Source: Paraspadella gotoi
Lineage: Eukaryota; Animalia; Chaetognatha
Assembly (NCBI GenBank): GCA_051294375.1
Contig: CM119266.1
Location: 17,602,087 to 17,666,086, forward strand
DNA: 64,000 bases
Direction of reading: 5' to 3'
Shown: piece after piece, positions 29,121 to 39,931 of the stretch
How the letters are laid out: every line of letters begins with the position of its first letter
Position numbering within the stretch: position 1 is the first letter of the stretch
Program-made: the position numbers and the translations under genes
Notes under the pieces: model-generated
Databases searched by the model: none
The model's input: only the letters and a program-made list of their open reading frames with translations
Told to the model about the DNA's origin: nothing

Positions 29121-29880
29121 GATATGCGTTTTGTTTATGTTGATTCTGTTGCAATGAATTGAGAAGTTATTAATCATTTAATTAATAAAAACAAAATTAT
29201 TCTTGATTGACCTTTGTTCTACTGTCCGTTTCCTTCTATTTCTTTAGTAAAGGCTTTACATAGTTTGGTGCGATCTGATTATATCTTTTGTTTTTCCGCG
29301 TCTTTTCTTTGCTTCGGTGGATGTCACCCTCTGTAAATAAGGTAATGAATAATAACAAAAGCTTTAAATTCAAGGTGACAAAATGTTTTATTTTTGAAAA
29401 ACTATACTTATATAAATATGCAGTTAGGTAAACAAATTTTTCACAGTCTCATAATATTACCTATTCCCAAAAAATTAGCGCAATTCATCAAGAAGAAAAT
29501 ATACACGACGACAATGAAATTATTTCAATAGGAAAATTGGAAAAGTATGGCAAAGTGAATATATAACTATTTAAGAATTCGTATCAACTATTAAAATGAA
29601 AACATTTGGTACATGATTATTGGCAAAATAACTAAACTGCACTACTGCACTACTGCACTACCTACCAAAAAAACGCTTATACTTGTCACTTAATCATACA
29701 TCATAAATCTTACACTATTTAACACTGATAATAGTAATGATAAAAGGATTATCTGATGTTGCATGAGATGATTACCAATGAATGTCTGATTTACTTCTGA
29801 CATAATTTTAACTCTCTCTTTCTCTTTTCTCTTTTTCCTTCGTTGTTCTTTTGACGTTTTTCTTTCTTCTGCCTCATTTG

Positions 29881-30498
29881 TTTTAGCCGGATCTGCTCAA
29901 AGCAGATTCCGGCTCAGTAATTCACTTTGTCGGTCCGTCGGTCTGCCCTCCGAATCTTGTCGCTAAGTCACTTAAATCATGTCAGAACATCGAGTTATGA
30001 TAAATTATGCAAAAAAATTGATGTCCGTCCGTCCGTCCGTCCCCGCTTAGCTTTGAACGCCTATTACTCATTATTGTGTTGGGCGATTGACTTAAAATTT
30101 TGTATGTGAGTAGGAAAGTGTGTGATTAAGCTGGAAATTAAGTTTCGATGAAATCGTCCAAGTGAAAATGAGTTAAATTGAAAAAAACAAAAAAACCTAT
30201 TTCACTATTTGCTTTTTTATTTTTATATTAAATTTAAATTTAAGTTGCATTAATTAATTTTTAATAAATAAGTAATTAATTCATTAATCATTACTTTTTT
30301 ATAATTAATTGATTTTGTGATCGAGATTGTTGCTTTTTGATTGAGAGGCGAGACAAAGTGGAAAACAATTTTGACACGAATTAAAAAAATAATAATAAAT
30401 AATTATTTAGTTTATTAATTAATTAATTAATTATCTGATAAGCTGCTTACCGGTAATGATCGTGGGCAGATCCGGCTTTGTTTGCTCAAACTAGTTTT
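29881..30498 (+). mobile_element. Helentron-associated non-autonomous element (HINE/DINE-1-like)
   Basis: TTTT, then subTIR AGCCGGATCTGC (29885-29896) with adjacent inverted copy (29902-29914); (GTCC)n tract; GACTTAAAATTTTGTATG core; 3' subTIR GCAGATCCGGCT (30466-30477), short hairpin GTTTG-CT-CAAAC and T run. Confidence 0.8.
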
Positions 30499-31272
30499 TA
30501 GATCATTGACTCATTACTTCCTCGTCTCAAAAAGAAAACAACAACAACAAAAACGATACGTGTAATCTCAATGACGTTTTCGACTCTTTTACCGTCAAAC
30601 AACGAAGACGACAATAACGACGACGACGACGACGACGATAACGACGACGACGACGACGATCACGATGACGCCGACGACGATTGAAACGACGAAGACAACG
30701 ACAGATAATCTTTAACGAAGATTAAATCCACGCCCCCCTCTCTCCCCCCCCCCACACTTCTCAATATCCGCGTTTACTATTGTTTCCATGACGACGAAAA
30801 CAACAAAATCGTTTCACCTTAAAAAAAATGAAATACGAGAGCTAATGTTCCTATCGATTCACGAAAATCCAAGGGGAGAGTCTAACATTGTCTGCTCATG
30901 TCATGTCAAGTGACATACTACCTGAAATCGATGACGTCTAAAAAAGTGGATTTCAGTTTTCTCGTTCCGTTTAATTCATATTGTTATTATTTTAATTCCT
31001 AGTTTATATATTGAATAGTAGAACATACATTTAAATGGATGACTGAAGTAATACATAACTTAATAAAATCATCTTTAAGCGAATCGCTTTCAATTTTTTT
31101 CTTTTTTAATGGTTTTTCGACGATTTTTTCTAGAAATCCTCTGGCCACTACGGTGTGAAAAGAAGACTTACCCACTACGGTTGACGGCAGTTGTCTTTTT
31201 TTTTTACAATTAACTGCTTTTTTAATTGAATTGCGCCTTAACTTTAACTTCATTGCAATGGATTTTAAAACA

Positions 31273-33268
31273 ATGACGAGGAATTTAAGGTCAGTGTCCC
31301 TCTTTCTCTTCTGTCTCTATTTTTTTTTTTCATAAATAACTAAAGTTTGTTCTTTTCAATTAACTAAAAAACTTTTTCCTTCCCCTGTCCCCCCCCTGTT
31401 CCTCCCTCTTTATCTTCTTCCTTCCCTCCCACGCATCATCCCATTTCACTCCCTCTTCCTCTCCTTCTCCCCATCCCTCCTCCTACTCCTCTCCCTCTTT
31501 AAACTCCCTCTCTCCCCCCAAACAGGATTGCTCTTCTTTTCTCCTTCCTCTGCTTCCTCCGCCTTCCATCGGTGGCGCCAGCGACACTGCCGGCGACATC
31601 TTCCTCTTCCCTCTCCCTCTCTCCCACAACGGCATCGGTCGATATTCTCGCCACATCCTCCTCTCTCGTCCTCCCTAGCTTTACTGCCTCCCTTTCTTCC
31701 TCTACCTCCATCCTTCTTCCTTCTTCCCTTCCTCCCTCTTCTTCTCTTTCGCCTTCCTTCTCGCTTCTTCCTTCCTCCGCTACCATCGGCCTTCAATCTT
31801 CTTCCGCTGCGCCTTCAGAGTCAGCGGTGCCATCGATTTCATTGTCCACCGCAGCGCCGTCAGAGTCCGCATTGCCGTCATTTTCTTTTTCTACGGCGGC
31901 GCCCTCAGAGTCTGCGATGCCGCCGTCCTCTTTGTCCACTGCGGCGCCGTCGGAGTCAGCGCCGCCGTCCTCTTGGTCCACTGGCGGCGCCGTCAGAGTC
32001 AGCCGCGCCGGCAACTTCTCTTGTCCACTGCGGCGCCGTCAGAGTCAGCCGCGCCGGCAACTTCTTTGTCCACTGCGGCGCCGTCAGAGTCAGCCGCGCC
32101 GGCAACTTCTTTGTCCACTGCGGCGCCGTCAAAGTCAGCCGCGCCGGCAACTTCTTTGTCCACTGCGGCGCCGTCAGAGTCAGCCGCGCCGGCAACTTCT
32201 TTGTCCACTGCGGCGCCGTCAGAGTCAGCCGCGCCGGCAACTTCTTTGTCCACTGCGGCGCCGTCAGAGTCAGCCGCGCCGGCAACTTCTTTGTCCACTG
32301 CGGCGCCGTCAAAGTCAGCCGCGCCGGCAACTTCTTTGTCCACTGCGGCGCCGTCAGAGTCAGCCGCGCCGCCGTCGTTGACTTCCGTCTTTCCGGCATC
32401 GTCTCTCCTCCCAGCGTCGTCCGTAGCGGCGTCATCGGTGGAAATCACGGCGTCTCCCACAATGAGTCTTGGTGAGACGGCATCCATTATGTAATATGTT
32501 GTAATTGTGATACAGTGAGAATGATAAAGTGATTGTGCGGAAGTGAGTATGATGTAGCAATCAAGATGTATAAAAAAAAACAATTGTTTTTAGTGAGCGT
32601 TTTATAGAGATTGTTAATTTGATGATGCGAGAAAGCGATGGGGATGTAGTGAAAAAGATGTAAGATGTAAGAAATAACTTTCCTATACTATGCAGTCGTT
32701 TTCAAATAGTTACTTGACTATTTAAGTATAAAATAAATATGCTAAAAGTGTCTTAGAGTTAAGAATTAACTAATAACTGAAAATTGCATGAACTGGTATG
32801 ACGCATTTCCTTTTTAATATACCGTCTACGTTTTTACCTTGCGATACAAGTATTAAATATGCAGATTAAGCATCTTATGATAGTTTGTATTATTTAAAAT
32901 ATATAATTTAGTATTTACTCAAGTTCGAGGAGAGACGGACCAAAAAGTACGTAAAAAGAGTCGCTTCGCTAATGGTAGTAGTACTCGCGTCGCAACTAAT
33001 AAAATAATTATTCATAGTCCCGACGTCGTCTGCTACACCGGACACTCGGACGACCAGCCCGCCGACCGACGGACCAACGTCGACGGAGCAGACAGGAGGC
33101 GAAGGCGTCGCCGAGGAACGTCAATTGGCTAAAGGAGAAATCGCTGGAATCGTCGTCGGCGGCGTCGTCGCCGTCGCCGTCGCCGTCGTCGCTGTCGCCG
33201 TCTTTTATGGAAAGAAGACGGGAAGAGTATCGGTGAGAGAGGAAAAGGGAGAAGGGAGGGGGAGGGGA

Positions 33269-33336
<68 letters not shown>

Positions 33337-33494
33337 AGGAATAACAGAAAAAGAAATTTCCAAAGAAGGAAGTACTAAAATTACTTTCAGGTTGTATTAT
33401 TTGTTTTCTCTATGTTTCTGTGTCTCGTTGTATTGGGATATTCTTTTTATGATGGGATTTGTTATTTATATTCATACAGATACTAAAAACCTGA
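31273..33494 (+). CDS. Type I transmembrane mucin-like protein (signal peptide, Ser/Ala/Thr/Pro tandem repeats, single TM), about 396 aa, 4 exons
   Basis: Exons 31273-31289 (ATG ACG AGG AAT TTA AG|gtcagt), 31526-32471, 33018-33232 and 33480-33494, all GT-AG and phase-consistent once two +1 insertions near 31983 and 32020 are removed. Protein starts MTRNLRIALLFSFLCFLRLPSVAPA (signal peptide), then PSESAAPATSLSTAA repeats, then the TM segment GEIAGIVVGGVVAVAVAVVAVAVFY followed by basic GKKTGR. The last exon is uncertain. Confidence 0.8.
31810..32372 (+). repeat. Coding 45-bp tandem repeat (15 aa, PSESAAPATSLSTAA)
   Basis: About 8 near-perfect units of gccgtcagagtcagccgcgccggcaacttctttgtccactgcggc from about 31989, preceded by about 4 diverged 42-bp units. 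Confidence 0.95.
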
Positions 33495-34705
33495 CATTGG
33501 TGAGTGATGATTATTTCTGTGAATATTTAGTTGTTTTTTTTTTTTAATATTTTTCTTCATTTGTTTATTTTTTTTTTTTGACAGATTTCCAATGATCACG
33601 ACTTGCAGCCTCTTCGTACATAAAAATCCATCTCTGCAGCACATACCTAATTCGGCTAACAACTTGCTGCAATGCTGCATACCAGTATATTCAGCATTTT
33701 ACGAACAACTTGTTATCGACCTAGAAATATGTTGTTTTTAAGAAAGTGAAATTAATACGGATAGCTGGTAATCGCTGATAGGGAACCATAAAGAAAGAAA
33801 GCAGGCAAATCATACATAAGTGAAATATTGAAATAATAAATAATTAGAATATTTTTTTTTCAACTGTTTCATTTAGTGACTAAATTTGATTTTCGATTGT
33901 TTTTGGGGTAATAAATCTTGACTAATTTATTTTGGTTCGTGTTTTATTCAGTTAATGTCACTTAAGTAACTAAACAAGATACAAGAGAAATAATGTACAG
34001 TGTACAATCATGAAATATATTAAGATAGAAGCGATTAATACTAATAGTCTTTCATAGTCCCTCATCCGGAATTCACGAGCAAATAAAACTTATTAAAAAT
34101 TTATTACATACAAAAACAGAAAGCTCGGTAAACACAGACTCAAACAAATTCAGCAATACTTTTATATTCAATACGAGATGGGTCAAAAACGTAAAACAGC
34201 AAATAACCTTTTCTTTATTAAGTATGATTAATGATGTATTATTATGTATTATTATGTATTAGTATGATTGATTATAGCATAGAAAGAAGTCAGTTGTTTG
34301 TTTGTTAGTACGTAAACTATTTATACATCTTGTCTCTGAACGTTGAACAACTTGCCCTTAATATTTTCAGCTCTGCAGTGAGCACGACCGATTAAGAATT
34401 TACATTGCAACGATGGTGACAAAATTATTTTATGTGATTCCTAACTAGATTCAGAAAATTGCATGAAAGTTTGAATCGTTATGCAACTCAAAGTTTTAAT
34501 TTAATATTTTTTTACAAATGCAACATATACAGTAAAGTACAAATAGTTTATTAGGTATACATTAAGTCCAATTAATTAGTTTTTCTTTCCCGTCAAGGCT
34601 GGTTAATAAGGTTTTAGTTTTTGTTTTTGTTTTTGACACACTTTACAAATTGAAAAGTAGGTAAAAAATTCCTTACTCCTAACTGCGATTTTAATATGGT
34701 GGAAT

Positions 34706-36444
34706 TCAGTAGCACATTAAACTTTTTTGCTTTTTTGGATTTGAGATGATTTGTTTTTGATTCTGAAAAGGTTCGTTTTTCACCTTGTAATATAATCTGC
34801 AAATTCCTTTTTTCATGGTAATTCCTAGGAGAATAAAAAAACGCGTTTCAGCTTAAATTCATAATTAAGTAATTTGTTAAAAGATGTTTAAGGAATTAAA
34901 AATGAAAAGTTTTAAATATTTTTAAAACAAAAAAACTTGAAAACACTTAAATACATAAAACTTAGCAAAACAATTAAAAAATACTTTACAACTACCCTTT
35001 TGTACCATCTGAAATAATTGTGTTTTACCTTTGCAAATTTCCGTGTTGAAGCATTTACAAAGGCATCGCCTCAAACTACAAGTTCGAAGAGTAGATTTCT
35101 TTTTTCCTTCTTTCCACTTTTCTAACAAACCCTCGGGAATTACTTTGCACCTAAATAAAATAAGAATGAGATCATTTAAGTAGGTAGACAGAGATATTCT
35201 TGAAAGGTATGGTCGTGGTGGTAAGGCTTTGTCTCTTCTTATTGGAGTCGTGGTTTGTCGAATCCACTCCTGTCACCACATTTAAGTAAGTCGACAGAGA
35301 TTTAAACATGAAACCAAAGTGGATTTTATTCTCAGAATAATTTGAGACGGAATGAATCGATACAAAAACGATCAGTATCAGGTCAATCGGATCGTCGACA
35401 CGGGTTCATTTTTCCCGATGGCATGAAGCCCGACTTCTCATTTGTCCTCTTCCGAGTCCTGGGTGGATTTCATCCGAGTCGCGGATCCGATTCCATCTTT
35501 GGTTCCGATTATTATTAAGCTTAGTAAATTGTTCCATACCAAAAATACGTGTACATACAGTATATTTGAATAGTATACTCCAACCTGCGACATGTTCCGC
35601 TCACAGAGTCTGCTGAATTTTTTTGTGACGTCACTTTTGAAAACCCGATGCAAGAGCCCTTCACAAAATTGAATCCCTAAAAATAGAGAAAGACAAATAT
35701 TGCAAAAATCTAAAAAAATTTAAAAAAAACTGTTATTGATGATAAATTGATGATAAATAGTTAATACAGATGTCGCTGACATTAGTGTAATATTTTATAT
35801 AACTGCTTTTAAATTCAAGGAGATTTCACTGGAAAGTAATTGATCAAGTACCGCACAGATGGGATGCGATGAGCACTGTTTTTCACATTCCTTGGCGTTG
35901 TTCAAACATTTTTTTTCGAAGAGAATCTCCCCCGATCTTTCAAGGCCACAGACTGATTTGCATTCCGCCCACTGCTTCCTGGAAATGTTATGGTTTAAAT
36001 ATGATTTATTTTACGAAATCTCTGGCGTAGTTTACTTTACTAATATCATAGTAATCATTTTGGACTAATGTACAGATATTATAATATACAATAATCGGTT
36101 TAAATTTCTTTAACTTACGTGCATATCCCGCTCTGCCTATTGCTTTGGACGGACATTGTCGCGTTGGCAGTGATTTTCGTGTAATGCATGCATCGTTTAT
36201 TTTTTCTCAAGAATAAACATCCGACGCATTTTTTGTCCATGCGACATGATTTTTCGCAAAACTGAAAACTTGTCACGTATCGTCTCTTGCCCTTCTTCGC
36301 GTCGTTGGATTCGGCAAATAGATCTTCTGTTCCCGTCAAGCAAGTCCGTTTGACGCGCGGACACACCTTCTGTTGCCAAGACTGTTCGGAGGAGAAACCG
36401 ACCCAAGCGACGGAGAGAGCGACGAGAAAAAAAAAGGAAGACAT
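34706..36444 (-). CDS. Secreted Cys-rich protein with three PAN/apple-like domains, 261 aa, 5 coding exons
   Basis: Exons 36444-36119, 35978-35852, 35676-35585, 35150-35029 and 34824-34706 total 786 nt, all GT-AG, phase-consistent, with no internal stop. Signal peptide MSSFFFLVALSVAWVGFS. Three C-x3-C-x5-C-x-G...C modules: CEKSCRMDKKCVG, CEKQCSSHPICAG, CLCKCFNTEICKG. Probable 5' UTR intron (donor gtaagt at 36610, acceptor just upstream of the ATG). Confidence 0.8.
35202..35278 (+). pseudogene. Retroposed, degenerate tRNA-Leu-like copy ending in CCA, flanked by a 23-bp direct repeat
   Basis: A-box-like TGGTCGTGGTGGTAAGGC, Leu-type variable arm TCTC...TGGAG, T arm and acceptor GTCGAATCCACTCCTGTCA-CCA; anticodon arm missing; repeats at 35173-35195 and 35279-35301 (2 mismatches). 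Confidence 0.65.
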
Positions 36445-38299
36445 TTCTGAAAAAGATTTTTAAAGGATGAAATATTATTCGAGTTATATACCAGCGGCTC
36501 TTTACACCGAGGGACAAAGAATATTGATTAATACTCATTGCTTCATCGAAAAATTGGCAACTTTGAAAAATTTTGACTGTTGTGAAATTTCAGAGAGAAA
36601 AAAAACTTACCAGAATAATTTTTTTTTTTAAACAATCCTTATTTATGAAGCACATCATTACTAAGAAACGCAGTAACAAACTTTTATTCTAAGTCTATAT
36701 TATGGTTATTACAAAGTGCTCAAGAGTCAAACTTTTTATTAAATGAAAATTTTACAAATGATTACAATATGACTTTAAACTTTAAAACATAATTTCTCAG
36801 AAGCAGAGATTATTTCGCATACTTTTCGTTACAAAAGAAATTTTTTTTAAAAGTCTTTTAGACGCCACGTCAGTTTTAACTGTAGTGCCGGATAAAAGTA
36901 AGAAACTAAATAGTCCTAGCAAAATTCTGGTCTTAAATACGATATTTGAAGGAGAAAAAAAAATCATCACCTCTTTCTTCGTCAAACTGGTTTTATAATC
37001 TGAATGAACTTAATCTTGATAACTATACCAACGGCCTGTTGCGTAAAACTCATCTTACGTCGAAGTTTGAAGGCACATATTCAAGGTCCTTGTGTCGTAA
37101 CCACTTCGTTTTGCCATTTTGCCTTCTCGTTATCTCGTCAGCTTGCGAGTATGCCATCTCAATGTCTTAACATCTTATCATTTTGCTATCTCATCTTGAA
37201 AACTTTTGGTATTTGATAATCAGGTATCATGGTAATTTTTCAAATTTCATTATTGTAAAATTTTTATCATGTCATCTCTCCATTTGTTTACTTCCTTACT
37301 TATTATCTCACTTGCCCTTAATTGAAATAACAAAGATAAAACTTTAATTTGAAAAGAAATCATTAAAAAGCATACATCATAAATGATTAAAAATTTGTAA
37401 AATTTAAATGCTATTTTAATGATTAAAGCCACTAAAGGTTACGCAAGGGATCATCCAAGTCCAAGAGTCAAGGTTTCTCTACGATCGAAAAGCCGTCAAA
37501 CTGGATCAGAATTACGTTCGAAATGACATGGCATTATAATTAAAGATTCAAGAAAAGATTAAAATTTGGCAAAATTACGTAAAACTCCGTCAAGGTTACG
37601 GTTACGTCGTTCAGGTTACCTCCGCATCTTCACCTTTTGGAAAACTTTCCACCTCGCCATGTCATAGCGACCTTTTATCTCGACACGTCATCTCGTCATG
37701 TCATCACTTTGACCTTTTGCTAGTTACCTAACTTTTTCATCTCGACATGTCCCCGGCTCACCACGCAATCTTGGATTATTGTAAACATGATGCTTTACTA
37801 ACTACAGATCTGGTAAAAAAAGTTTAATAGTTATGATAAAAACATTTTTGTATTGGCGTTCGCGGTGCGCAACGCGGGCGTCGCCGTAGGGACAGGACGG
37901 CTCAACGTTCGACGGCAGAGATTTCGACATCCGAGTCCCAAGTTTCCCGATTCGCGACGGAACGTCGCGACGACGACGATTATTACGAAGCAAATATCTG
38001 GCTTATTTTTAACGTTTGAAATTTAGGAAAAGTCAGAGGCAGTTGCCTCGTTAAGCCGCGACGTCGAACGTTTTCACGTTGATTTTAAGGTGTTGCTTTT
38101 AAAGTGTTTTTATCGTTTTTAAATCATTGTTTGTTTTGAAACAACTTGAACTATCGCCGATAGCATCAATATCAATAAACATTTTAAAACATCGTTGGAT
38201 TCTCGGTCGTCGTCTCATAAAGTCAGAAAAATTAGAGGCAGCTCAAACAATTTTATTTTGTTATTTGAAAGAAAATAATATTTTTCAGGACTCAGTTAG

Positions 38300-38660
38300 T
38301 TAATAAGTTGTCGGACATCAATTTGGTTCCAGCACCGCTTCCATGTGACGAGAGGGAGCGTCGTAGAGGGTGGGCAAATATGAAGGGTTCAGCATCCCCC
38401 AAATGCGTTTTAAAATTTTCTTGATTTTTGTCACCTGTCATGGTGTTGTACTGCAAAAATGTCCCTTTTCATCCTTGACCAGACATTTTCGATGATGTTG
38501 CAGTCAGGTGAGTTTCCGGGCCAACCTTCGAGCACCTCAATCCGACTGAGGCTTCACGGTAGTTCGGTGAAAAGATTCTTTTGTGACTTGATGACCGAGG
38601 GACACAAACTCGAGTCGCCAGAAGTCCGTCGAAACGGGATTTACGGCCGAAGCTCATTTA
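38300..38660 (-). mobile_element. Tc1/mariner DDE transposase remnant (C-terminal part, frameshifted)
   Basis: Minus strand reads IEVLEGWPGNSPDCNIIENVWSRMKR (Tc1 WPxxSPDLNPIENxW motif), then after a frameshift LKRIWGMLNPSYLPTLYDAPSRHMEAVLEPN*CPTTY*. Confidence 0.85.
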
Positions 38661-39220
38661 CGGCGAAGTGAAATCAAATTGAAAAAATCAAGATTTCGTA
38701 AATCTTGTTCAAGGTCGTTAAATCATCTTTCTTTCTTTTTGTGTTTTCTTTCCATTCTTTCTTTCTCGTTATTCTTTTTTCATTTTCTTTCTCGCTTGTT
38801 TAGCAATAGACGATTAGTTTACAAATTTGGAGTAAACATTTGGAATTAAAAAAAACCAAAATGGGGCGCTTTCCGATAATAGTGCCCAATTTTCTGGACC
38901 TCGGGTCCAAAAACCTTCAAATCATCCTCTTCTTCCTTCTCTTGCTCCTCCTCCTTCTCCTCCTCTTCCATTCTATAAGGCACGTTCGTCTCTTTTCCTA
39001 ATACTTTGCTTGTTTGCTTCTAATAGCTTGTTTGCTTGTAAGCTGTATCTCCTATTTTAACAACCGACTTCCTCCGTTTATATATAACTATATTTATTTA
39101 TAACTACATGCATGCAAGATTACATAACATCCGTATAAAAATTAAAACTCTTTAATTATATTTTCGTATGAAAATTCCTTTTTTTTATTTATTGATGCAC
39201 CTTAATTTAGATTTAGTTTG

Positions 39221-39381
39221 TAAGTAGAAGACGTTTGAAATTTTTTGACGCTGATGAAGGCTTGTATATAGAGCCAAAACATGTACGTTCGATACAATAA
39301 AAAATCGTCGTTGTAAACAATTTCAAACGTCTTCTACTAATTAATATACACAACGAAAAGAAAGGAAATTCACTATGCCTA
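39221..39381 (+). mobile_element. 161-bp element with 12-bp TSD, internal 20-bp inverted repeat and hammerhead motif (Penelope-like or retrozyme-like fragment)
   Basis: AGATTTAGTTTG at 39209-39220 and 39382-39393; IR arms 39223-39242 and 39319-39338. Confidence 0.7.
39247..39289 (+). ncRNA. Minimal type I hammerhead ribozyme fold with AAAA in place of GAAA
   Basis: Stem I GACG/CGTT; core CTGATGA; stem II GGCT/AGCC; AAA then palindromic stem III ACATGT; cleavage triplet GUA. Confidence 0.65.
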
Positions 39382-39931
39382 AGATTTAGTTTGATAAATA
39401 AATTTATAAATCAAGATTTGGACGGAATATTTGTATGTATGAAAAGAAACTTAAGGAAATCGGAACTACAAACTGATGTTCAATTTGATCTAAACTAGTA
39501 CTGTTAACATCGACGCTAGCAAATCTTGCTAGGCATCGAGTTTTTAAGTATTAGGAGAAAAAACCAAAAAATTAAAAACGAATTTAAAAAAATAAGTATA
39601 ACAAATATGAAAATATATAATTTTGAAAATTAATATAAGTTAATGATTCATGAAATGATTATTTCCAACCACGCTTTAATTACACAAATTGTGTCACAAA
39701 TTCACAATACAAGTTTTTAAGGAATCCTTCTAGTTTTTTCCATCAATTACGTAATTTTCCCACAGTCCACACTTTAGAGTTCACGGTAGAATCAATACTG
39801 ATGTAATCTTTTTTTCACTAGCTGTCCTAGCAGCCGGTTTCAAATTTACTAAATATCAATGTAATGTTTCAGTTTTTTACCCCGGTTCGTTACAGCATTT
39901 TTCGATTTTAAATTTTTTGACTTTACAATCT

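Noticed and set aside
31528-32583. Overlapping repeat ORFs (VHCGAVRVSRAGNFF, TAPQWTKKLPARL, DGAAVDKEVAGAA)
   Set aside because: Shadows of the 45-bp repeat; only the Ser/Ala frame links a signal peptide to the TM exon
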